Source: a virus
Taxonomy: Duplodnaviria > Caudoviricetes
Virus record (IMG/VR): IMGVR_UViG_3300037189_004920
Coordinates: 816 to 64,815 of that record
Direction: 5' to 3' (one strand)
Length of the DNA: 64,000 nt
The notes below the pieces were generated by a model. It saw only the letters and a list, made by a program, of their open reading frames with translations. It searched no databases and was not told where the DNA came from. Shown one piece after another: positions 57,201 to 64,000 of the stretch (positions are counted from its first letter, which is position 1; every line of letters begins with the position of its first letter). The translations under genes and the position numbers were made by a program.

Positions 57201-58430
57201 AAGACAGATTATATAACGGCTGTGGCTAGGGACTCTGGCAACAACATTATTGCCGTTGGTCGTGGTAATGGTGAAACCAGTACCGGCAATGATGATGACC
57301 TTGCCATTGTCTACAAGTTTAGCAGTACTGGCACACTACTATGGACCCGTAAACTAAACGACGAAAGTGACGATTGCGAGGCTCATAGTGTAACAACCAT
57401 TGGCACAGACATCTATGTTACACACGAAAACGACAGTGGCGAAACAATAATCAGCAAACTAGACGCTAGTGGCACAGTCAAGTGGCAACGCATTACTGAA
57501 AGCGGCAACGATCACCGTTCATCAATTGCTGCCACAGCAGATGGCAACTTGTTGGTAGTGGTAGAAGACGATAACAATGATATCGATAATGATGCTGTCA
57601 AAGTGTTCTTGTTGTCATCCGCAGGTGAAGTCATCTACAAGCGTTGGTTAATGGCTAGTACTGACAGTACTACACGTCTTGATGAACGTCGATGCCTAGC
57701 AGTAGTTGGGGACAGTTTTTACGTTAGTTGTAGTTACAACACCAATAATAATCAATCACAATTTGTGGCTCGACTACCTGTAGATGGTTCAGGCACAGGT
57801 GAGTACGGTTCATTCCGTTATGTGGATGTTCATGCTGAAGCAGGTCTGGGCTTTGGCAACAATAACGCACAGGATAATACTAACTACATTGTTTCTGAAC
57901 TTGATTTAGACGGTGTGGACAACTATGCTGGTCCATTGGCTGCGGGTGAAGAAGTTTATATCAAGAGTACTGACACTTATACAACTGGTACAGGTGATTA
58001 CCGTGTAGAAAGTTACTTCCCAAGCATAGTTGTTGAAACTGTGCGTGATACAGATGGCGGCAGTATCATATTCCCAGATGGTACTAAGCAAACTACTAGT
58101 GCTACAGAATGGCCACAAACTCGTTTCTTTGGACAAAAGTACACAGTGGGTATGAAGGATCGTGGAGGCCATATTTTGTGCTATGACTCTACTGATTCAA
58201 TATTATTGCCTTATAACTCTCGTGTTGAACTGCCAATAGGCACAGTGGTACGTGTGGTTAACACAACAAGTAGTAGTATTGCGATCAACGTTGAAGGTGG
58301 CGGAACTAGTATGATTGTGGCAGGCCAAGGTTATTATAGTACCGGATATGTACTCCCATACGGTCTAGCCACACTATTAAAAGTTGCTCGTGACGAATGG
58401 CATATATCTGGTAACGTGGATGTAAACTAA
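54243..58430 (+). CDS. tail fibre/receptor-binding protein with beta-propeller repeats
   Basis: Same N-terminal domain as 50065; many DS.GN.Y and K...G...W.R repeats. Confidence 0.8.
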   Translation: MTTRIKLRRDTAANWTTANPILAAGEPGLESDTGKIKYGDGETAWTSLDYNGGGGDSLSDDGSVVVTAGSTEHWIATQRRDNQNVYPKALRYDSLGNLYSLTDSYDGQDNITILTKYTAAGAIAWQKSFTGFDPHSLAIDSSDRAYITYTDGGDMSPPYIGVYKFETTGGVLWQKEYDMSVTASWDAFIEEKSATTLALVCSASDEAPGPNMIIAMEISASTGAVEIKRRIAFDALDATVFVTGLDVDPDENVFITGSHYNSADSVTNMFVEKLDQNLGRVWSKTIDVGATFSQTGGDCASDALGNIYAVGAYIVRTINSGNGTGDTDEQSAGILVKLNSSGVLQWTRRLGPGPCGSFIAGLTATATGDVYLSAATFAISTDSQTVENGQSAQEDLGDNKMIVVRYTTTGDVVWQRYVDVAHLEEIPNNLADGDSRGQAIAVFEDKFAVDGYGNTWNTTPYDEGYSHDNEYDYFVVQLPTAGTDLTIGDLHFTESRVPGRFITPETVSTPLVNIAYPETISAETVTINADAVARVANDIVNSDTYDYTFGADGTLTIPNDGDIRLTQSQVGYMMSIGSTNNLDPSVYYATLTVDADGYTYVGGEEGNGSNASITKISPTGERLWGVNIIEDSEGWENRVNGLVVNPENNSVTAILRIYTGDDWYGAVVTLDKDTGRILDNTEYKDLGSNIYLNGITLDSNNDPIIVGEKSGEFVAPIVVTPETGSGTGVIKILRSAIPNTDAESWDIGGTGITGYEAILYVERYTGLTGTVRQGSGATFDIIDNGNGSYSAAVVNGGTNYLAGHKIKILGTSLGGATPANDITITVQTVNENGVIQGGGVGNTGTAAGTETATYTALSGANFETGSGFEFTLRGSRYSNNYNDYNGLNVDNPGTNYVENDRIVIPGTSLGGTSPTNDLTITVGVNAGGVNTWYNLAGTSQSTTWKLETTTQVDFAGTGSWSIQYPLSQESLLITSGWSRTFGTDANKTDYITAVARDSGNNIIAVGRGNGETSTGNDDDLAIVYKFSSTGTLLWTRKLNDESDDCEAHSVTTIGTDIYVTHENDSGETIISKLDASGTVKWQRITESGNDHRSSIAATADGNLLVVVEDDNNDIDNDAVKVFLLSSAGEVIYKRWLMASTDSTTRLDERRCLAVVGDSFYVSCSYNTNNNQSQFVARLPVDGSGTGEYGSFRYVDVHAEAGLGFGNNNAQDNTNYIVSELDLDGVDNYAGPLAAGEEVYIKSTDTYTTGTGDYRVESYFPSIVVETVRDTDGGSIIFPDGTKQTTSATEWPQTRFFGQKYTVGMKDRGGHILCYDSTDSILLPYNSRVELPIGTVVRVVNTTSSSIAINVEGGGTSMIVAGQGYYSTGYVLPYGLATLLKVARDEWHISGNVDVN

Positions 58431-58432
58431 CT

Positions 58433-58888
58433 GTGATAGCAACGCATACTAATCCCGTTAGGTGCGTTCAATTAGCAGTACCCGAAGGTCTTGCGGCACG
58501 TATTCAACAACAGCGTGAATTGACGCCGCGAGATCGTGATGGCAGAGGCTGGCAAAGTTATCCAACTACTGACCAGCCTTTTGTTTGGTTTGACTCAGTA
58601 TATCAAGCAGTGGAGGCTGAACACGGTGCCATAGACACTTGGTGGTTTAATGTAAACACACTGGGCGAATACACCAACTGGCACGCTCACCATCGCTGGG
58701 CCAAGGTAGCAGTATTGTATGTTACTGTGCCTGGCGGTGATATAGAGTTTAGGCAGGGCGGAGCATATTGGCGTGAAACTCCTCAAGCAGGGGACTTATT
58801 TGTTTTCTCTGGAGAGTTAGATCATAGAGTCTTGCCCAACCCTAGCGAACAAGTTAGGATCAGCGTAGCATTTAACTTTAAGAATTAG
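58433..58888 (+). CDS. 2OG-Fe(II) oxygenase, TIGR02466-like
   Basis: WFN...HAH...VLY...H.V...RISVAFN. Confidence 0.8.
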   Translation: MIATHTNPVRCVQLAVPEGLAARIQQQRELTPRDRDGRGWQSYPTTDQPFVWFDSVYQAVEAEHGAIDTWWFNVNTLGEYTNWHAHHRWAKVAVLYVTVPGGDIEFRQGGAYWRETPQAGDLFVFSGELDHRVLPNPSEQVRISVAFNFKN

Positions 58889-59475
58889 CGTATTGCCTGT
58901 TCACGTAGTTTAACACACGTATCGCACTTCCCACAAGGTGCGATATTTTTTTCACTGTACACCGGACGCCTACAACTCCAAAATATATTACGCAATGTAT
59001 CTGGTAAGCTATCGTAGATTTCACGCTTGGTCATTGTCATTACTGGATAGATTTTACCCACATCAGTAAATGCCGCTAATATTTTGTCAGCACGTTTACG
59101 GCGGTCTTCTAGTGCTAGATTATAATCATTTGCCTGCATGCCTAGAGCAACTTTTACTATATCAGGATTCGCAGAACAAATATAGCCAGCAAAGAAGTTA
59201 AGTGTATCTGAATCAAAAAGAAACTTGTTGCCGTAAGGTTGTGTGCCTATTTCGCTTTCACTATAGTCAAAAGTAAAACCCAATCGTTTGAGTTCTTTTA
59301 GAGCCATGTCAACAGCAATCTTTTCTGCCTGTGCCCTATTCTCCACATTACGATTGTGTATGTGATGTATGTGTAACCGATAGTCTCGGTATTCAGGATC
59401 TGTAAGCAACTTGTACGTCATGCCTAGGCTGTCAAGTCCGCCCGAGTACATGGCTAAGATTGTTTGTTGTTCCAT
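58885..59475 (-). CDS. QueC-like PP-loop ATPase
   Basis: SGGLDS, P...MTK, WSC...PCGKCDTC. Confidence 0.75.
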   Translation of the reverse strand: MEQQTILAMYSGGLDSLGMTYKLLTDPEYRDYRLHIHHIHNRNVENRAQAEKIAVDMALKELKRLGFTFDYSESEIGTQPYGNKFLFDSDTLNFFAGYICSANPDIVKVALGMQANDYNLALEDRRKRADKILAAFTDVGKIYPVMTMTKREIYDSLPDTLRNIFWSCRRPVYSEKNIAPCGKCDTCVKLREQAIR

Positions 59476-59912
59476 ATGTAAAATGTATAAACTTCGTTGA
59501 CAGGGTGTTCTTCAGGTTGCGGAGTTAGTTCTTCAGCACGGGGGAAATACACAGCATACTTTGTGGGCCAGCTGGGATTAAGAAATGCACGAGCAACAAA
59601 ACGATCACAGTGTTTGAGCACTTTGGGTAATAATGTTTTACAGTATTCTTCGCCCAGTGCTAGTGCGCCATCTACTATAATAGTATCCCAGTGTTTGTCT
59701 AATGTAAGCCAATCCCGGTTCTTGATCTTAACGTCATCGTACTTGGGTTCTAAATCCCATGCTTCTGTACACAAAGGTAATAGCAGTTTTGTGCTACCCA
59801 ACAGTAATACACGCCCTGTACAATACTGCTCAAATACACGATAATCGTCTAGATTAGGCGCCGCAGGCCATGTTAATCCAGTCCAATAGTCTTTATCTGC
59901 ATGTATATTCAT
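59454..59912 (-). CDS. hypothetical protein, possible class I methyltransferase-like fold
   Basis: RVLLLGST, WDTIIVDGAL; start at ATG 59912 with TAAATA 5 nt upstream. Confidence 0.45.
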   Translation of the reverse strand: MNIHADKDYWTGLTWPAAPNLDDYRVFEQYCTGRVLLLGSTKLLLPLCTEAWDLEPKYDDVKIKNRDWLTLDKHWDTIIVDGALALGEEYCKTLLPKVLKHCDRFVARAFLNPSWPTKYAVYFPRAEELTPQPEEHPVNEVYTFYIWNNKQS

Positions 59913-59938
59913 CAGGGTATTTATAGTATAAATACACC

Positions 59939-60643
59939 ATGGAACTAATATTAATAACTCTCTTAATGACACACATAACGATAGTGTCAGTCACACTGTA
60001 CCTACATCGTTGCCAAGCACATAGGGGAGTTGAATTTCACCCCGTAATTAGCCACTTTATGCGTTTCTGGTTATGGCTCACAACTGGCATGACAACTAAG
60101 CAATGGGTTGCAGTACATCGAAAACATCATCAGACCACCGACGTTGAAGGTGATCCACACAGTCCGCATATATTTGGCATTAAGACTGTAATGACTACAG
60201 GTTGGTTATTATACAACACTGCATGTAAGGATGCCGACTTTGTCATGAAATACGGCATGGGCACACCTAAAGACTGGATTGAACGCAAACTATATCAACC
60301 ACATCATAAGTTAGGTATTCTTTTAATGTTGGCTATTAATCTAGCATTGTTTGGACCGTGGGGATTGCTAGTATGGGGAGTGCAGATGGTCTGGATTCCA
60401 TTCTGGGCCGCTGGTATGATTAACGGACTAGCACATTGGTGGGGATATCGCAATGGAGAAACTAAAGACTTTAGTCGTAACATTAGCCCTATTGGTATTG
60501 TGGTAGGAGGCGAGGAACTGCATAACAATCATCATTTAGACCCAGCAAGTCCAAAATTTAGCCGTAAGTGGTTTGAATTTGACATAGGTTGGATGTATAT
60601 CACTGTCTTATGTAAATTAAGATTGGCAAAATTAAAAGGTTAA
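59939..60643 (+). CDS. membrane fatty acid desaturase (delta-9 type)
   Basis: His boxes HRCQAH, HRKHH, HNNHH; DPHSP. Confidence 0.92.
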   Translation: MELILITLLMTHITIVSVTLYLHRCQAHRGVEFHPVISHFMRFWLWLTTGMTTKQWVAVHRKHHQTTDVEGDPHSPHIFGIKTVMTTGWLLYNTACKDADFVMKYGMGTPKDWIERKLYQPHHKLGILLMLAINLALFGPWGLLVWGVQMVWIPFWAAGMINGLAHWWGYRNGETKDFSRNISPIGIVVGGEELHNNHHLDPASPKFSRKWFEFDIGWMYITVLCKLRLAKLKG

Positions 60644-60651
60644 ATATTATT

Positions 60652-60864
60652 ATGGCCGCAAACGGAATATCAACATTAGCAACTAAAGAACTTAAACAGA
60701 AAGCCAAGCTAGACTTGGCTGCTACAGACAGAGCCGCTGTGGGCAATCCTAGAGCAACTTACGATATCACACAGTTGCCAACACAGTATGACGACAATGC
60801 TGTAGTTAACAACCCTAACATAGGCGGACTAGTTCAAGGCCGTCCTTGGACAACAACACCTTAA
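60652..60864 (+). CDS. small late hypothetical protein
   Basis: TAAATA 5 nt before ATG. Confidence 0.65.
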   Translation: MAANGISTLATKELKQKAKLDLAATDRAAVGNPRATYDITQLPTQYDDNAVVNNPNIGGLVQGRPWTTTP

Positions 60865-60877
60865 GGAAAATTGAATT

Positions 60878-61192
60878 ATGAAAATGGCAGACATATTAAG
60901 AAACTTAGCAGACAAACTGGACGGCATTGAACAAAGCAGTGATGAATCTAATCATCCAGCAAACATTGATCAGTCAGCGGTTGACTCACCTAAAGGTAAT
61001 CCTGAGTTGGACATGAATCCAGTTATGGTTCCGCCACTACAAGCCAAACTAGAATTGTTGAAGAAAGCTACTGGCGTTGATAGCGTTTATGATGACGACA
61101 GTTCGGATGAGCTCGGTGATATTAAAAAGCTAACTGGTATCAAAGCTGTTATAGCTCAAGAAGCTGGTGAAGACAACGACATAACAGGATAA
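60878..61192 (+). CDS. acidic hypothetical protein, possible head-internal protein
   Basis: LLKKATG and IKKLTGI motifs as in proteins near terminase. Confidence 0.6.
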   Translation: MKMADILRNLADKLDGIEQSSDESNHPANIDQSAVDSPKGNPELDMNPVMVPPLQAKLELLKKATGVDSVYDDDSSDELGDIKKLTGIKAVIAQEAGEDNDITG

Positions 61193-61196
61193 GCAG

Positions 61197-62792
61197 ATGG
61201 CCATTTATGATCTTTGGTTAAGCCGTAATAACGGTCCTACAGTTGCCGACTATGTCGGACACACCGGCCGCTTGTTTTACGATCCGGCAGAAAGAGTTCT
61301 ACGGATCAGCGATGGTACTACTGCTGGCGGAGAAGTGTTTAACGGTCTAGTGACGGTTGCCAACCTTGAACCTACTGATAACTTTCAAGGACAGATTTGG
61401 CTCAACCCAGAAGATTCTTCTCTCAGCGTTTATCACAATGGCGACTTTATTCCCACTATCGACGTAGCAACATCGACTAAACTAGGTGGTATCAAACTAG
61501 GTCCTGGCATTACAGTCAACGCAGAAGGTCAGCTTATTATTGATAGTGAAGGTTTGGATTTTTCGTTTGGTAACTTTGCTGCCACTGTTGGAACATATCC
61601 CTCGGATTATTTTGATGAGGATCGCCAAGACCAAGACTATGCGGTATTGAGCAGTATTGTAGCCAATGAAGATATTATCCTTGCCTCTAATGGCACAGGT
61701 GCTGTTAGGGTTGTGGGAGACTTCAGCGTTCGCCGTGCTAACGGTGACTTAGTCGGTGCTCTAGATGAACAACCAATCTTCCGTGTCAAATCAGATGGGC
61801 AGGTACAGATGTTAGTACCCGACGCTGACTCCTCAGAAGGAGCTGTGACTATTGTAGGTGGACTAGATGGAGTATTTCAGGCACCAGTTAATACTGGAGT
61901 TATGCTACACATCACAGGCATTGCTAGTAGTCCGGATCCAACCCCTTCTAGAATTTACAATGACGCACAAAATTCTTTCTCAGCCATTGTTAGTCGCCGC
62001 TATAATGGTACTGCGGCTGCTCCTACAGCAGTATTGGCCAATGAGGAGATTATGCGTCTCAGCGGCACAGCACACAATGGTACTCTAATTCCTGGCACAG
62101 GCAATCAGCGTATTGTCTATGTAACTCGAGGCAATCAAACAACCAGCAACCAAGGTGGTGCTATTGAGTTCTGGGCTACTCCACTAAACACTACTACACT
62201 TGGTAAAGTTGCTACGGTAGAAAGCACAGGTATCGCCCTTGAATCAGGCAAAGTACTAACAGGCAATGTGACTGGCAATGTCACAGGCGATGTTACAGGT
62301 AATGTGTCAGGCTCAGCAGGATCAGTAGCAGCCGCAAACATCACAGGCACAACACTAGCCAGCGGAGTAACAGCCAGTAGCCTAACAAGTGTGGGCACAC
62401 TGACTAACCTAGCCATTGCTACTGGTGGGACTATTACTACACCACGAGTTGTGATTAACGATGGCGGCATTAGATCTGTTAACAGCGGCACAGCATTGAC
62501 CATTGACTTTGCTACAGACAGTTTAATCTTATGGACTGCACCAAGTGGTACTGCTACAGTGACACTGAGCAACTACACAGCAGGCGCAACTGTTAAACTA
62601 ATCATTGCTCTAACAACCAGCCGTGATATCAACTTTGGTGTATCAGCCGGCACAAATAGTAGTACAGGATCGGCTTCGTGGAACGGAGCAGGCGGAGGCG
62701 CCATTGACATATCCAATACCGCAATGCATCTTGAATACACTTGCTTTACAGCATTGGCAGCAGGATGTTATGTTGCTGTAACAGCAAACTAA
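61197..62792 (+). CDS. tail fibre-like structural protein
   Basis: G.LFYD...LRISDG.T.GG, AT..KLGGIK.G, GNVTG repeats, SSLTSVGTL. Confidence 0.75.
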   Translation: MAIYDLWLSRNNGPTVADYVGHTGRLFYDPAERVLRISDGTTAGGEVFNGLVTVANLEPTDNFQGQIWLNPEDSSLSVYHNGDFIPTIDVATSTKLGGIKLGPGITVNAEGQLIIDSEGLDFSFGNFAATVGTYPSDYFDEDRQDQDYAVLSSIVANEDIILASNGTGAVRVVGDFSVRRANGDLVGALDEQPIFRVKSDGQVQMLVPDADSSEGAVTIVGGLDGVFQAPVNTGVMLHITGIASSPDPTPSRIYNDAQNSFSAIVSRRYNGTAAAPTAVLANEEIMRLSGTAHNGTLIPGTGNQRIVYVTRGNQTTSNQGGAIEFWATPLNTTTLGKVATVESTGIALESGKVLTGNVTGNVTGDVTGNVSGSAGSVAAANITGTTLASGVTASSLTSVGTLTNLAIATGGTITTPRVVINDGGIRSVNSGTALTIDFATDSLILWTAPSGTATVTLSNYTAGATVKLIIALTTSRDINFGVSAGTNSSTGSASWNGAGGGAIDISNTAMHLEYTCFTALAAGCYVAVTAN

Positions 62793-62795
62793 TCT

Positions 62796-63197
62796 ATGTA
62801 TAGAAAATATATCAACATAGTAGAAGCAGCCAACAAAGGATGTCCTATTGCCACACACGACCTAGAGGTCAATGTGAAAAACAGACAAACGGCTATTGAC
62901 ACGCATCATTACGGTCCTGCTAATCCTGACGAGCCAGGTAACTACTGGAAAGTAGCAGCCAAGCAATGGGGCATAGACGAAAAGACTGCTAAGACTATGC
63001 AATGTGCTAACTGTGCCGCTTTTAACATTACAGATAGTATGTACAAATGTATACACGATGGCATGGGCAAAGAAGCATACGAAGCAGAAAAGACTCGTGA
63101 AGCCGCAGACTTAGGCTACTGTAACCTATTACATTTTAAATGTGCAGGCACACGTAGTTGCGAGCTATGGGTCACAGGTGGTCCAATTATAAAATAA
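62796..63197 (+). CDS. Cys-rich protein, HiPIP-like motif
   Basis: CANCAAF...GYC...C....C..W. Confidence 0.45.
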   Translation: MYRKYINIVEAANKGCPIATHDLEVNVKNRQTAIDTHHYGPANPDEPGNYWKVAAKQWGIDEKTAKTMQCANCAAFNITDSMYKCIHDGMGKEAYEAEKTREAADLGYCNLLHFKCAGTRSCELWVTGGPIIK

Positions 63198-63198
63198 C

Positions 63199-63840
63199 AT
63201 GTCAATAGTTGCACTCACTGACAACAAATTAGATCCAAACGGTTACTGGTCGAATCCTGTAGAAAAAATAGTATATCTGCCCACAGCAGAAGATATTGCC
63301 TTATTTGATCAAAACGGATACGACCTTACTGATCTAGAAAAACACTATGCCTACAGCAACTGGACGAAACCTAAGAAGCATAGAGAACATCGCACTGCAC
63401 TTAAACAATCTTGGTTTACACAAGAACTTACAACAGTTGGCGCACATTTAAATCATAGCTTATTATTTGAACGTAAAGGTTATACAGGCGCAGCCTTAGA
63501 AGAACTAGAATATTGGGCAAGAACACTGCCATTAATACACAAAATTATTGCACTTCGACCCAAGTGGGGACTGGATTTCAGCATGGACTATGTTGACCAT
63601 GAGGGCAATGCTTTTGAAGTATTACACTGGGAATGGGACAGCTTTGACTACGATGAAATTGAGCAAGTTCGTAAAGATATGGAGCCAATATTATTGGGCA
63701 TTGATTGGCAAACTGCCGCGCAGGATTTGCTTAAATACAAACAGCAATGGCATCACTTGGACTTCTTTGCCCAAAGTGATTGGAAATGTAATTTCTTTGG
63801 AATTCCTAAAGAAAAATTTAAAATGGTTATTTGGAGATAA
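63199..63840 (+). CDS. hypothetical protein
   Basis: 213 aa aromatic-rich ORF in operon. Confidence 0.7.
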   Translation: MSIVALTDNKLDPNGYWSNPVEKIVYLPTAEDIALFDQNGYDLTDLEKHYAYSNWTKPKKHREHRTALKQSWFTQELTTVGAHLNHSLLFERKGYTGAALEELEYWARTLPLIHKIIALRPKWGLDFSMDYVDHEGNAFEVLHWEWDSFDYDEIEQVRKDMEPILLGIDWQTAAQDLLKYKQQWHHLDFFAQSDWKCNFFGIPKEKFKMVIWR

Positions 63841-63841
63841 G

Positions 63842-64000
63842 ATGAAAAAACTATTAGCACTACTACTGTTAGTTCCTACACTAGCACTGGCACAGGGCAA
63901 AATGCCAGCAAAATCAGCAACATACGATGCACAAGTTATTAGAGTGAGTGATGGCGATACTATTGTAATCGCCGCTCCCTTTCTCCCACAGCCCCTCAAG
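63842..64000 (+). CDS. thermonuclease (SNase-like), 3'-partial
   Basis: Signal peptide followed by VIRVSDGDTI. Confidence 0.75.
   Translation, partial: MKKLLALLLLVPTLALAQGKMPAKSATYDAQVIRVSDGDTIVIAAPFLPQPLK

Noticed and set aside
50065-58430. Diversity-generating retroelement suggested by Mtd-like N-termini
   Set aside because: No reverse transcriptase and no adenine-variant TR/VR pair noticed; this N-terminal domain is common in fibres
38900-62858. Many antisense ORFs within fibre genes
   Set aside because: Shadow frames of T/G/S-rich coding sequence with no RBS or recognisable motifs
1-64000. Stop-codon reassignment
   Set aside because: Core genes are full length in the standard code and TAA, TGA and TAG all end genes

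Overview
A 64 kb segment of a large T4-like (myovirus/jumbo-type) phage genome in the standard genetic code. No database searches were run; all calls come from motif recognition. 1-20.7 kb (+): probable head-internal proteins, terminase large subunit, and a replication/recombination block (gp32 SSB, UvsX, UvsY, UvsW, clamp-loader-like protein, a 195-aa DnaE core, primase, DnaB-like helicase), then YqgE and a nucleotidyltransferase. 21-34.6 kb (-): about 40 small genes and a tRNA(CAU) arranged as cassettes behind 22 TTGACA-N17-(-10) sigma70 promoters. Two different palindromes sit at a fixed 9-12 bp upstream of many -35 boxes, and several spacers hold structured RNA-like elements. The block is bracketed by 10-bp-phased TATAG repeats on the left and, on the right, five perfect DnaA boxes plus GCTACAGCGGGA repeats. 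35-64 kb (mostly +): large tail-fibre-like genes, five 2OG-Fe(II) oxygenases, DNA ligase, IF-1, HNH, YbaN, pirin, 5-aminolevulinate synthase, a QueC-like protein, a fatty-acid desaturase and a partial thermonuclease. Many genes have a TAAATA late-promoter-like box only 4-7 nt before the start codon, suggesting leaderless mRNAs. The strongest candidate for an undescribed system is the promoter-cassette array with its two operator classes and the DnaA-box boundary; the minimal or split DnaE is next.
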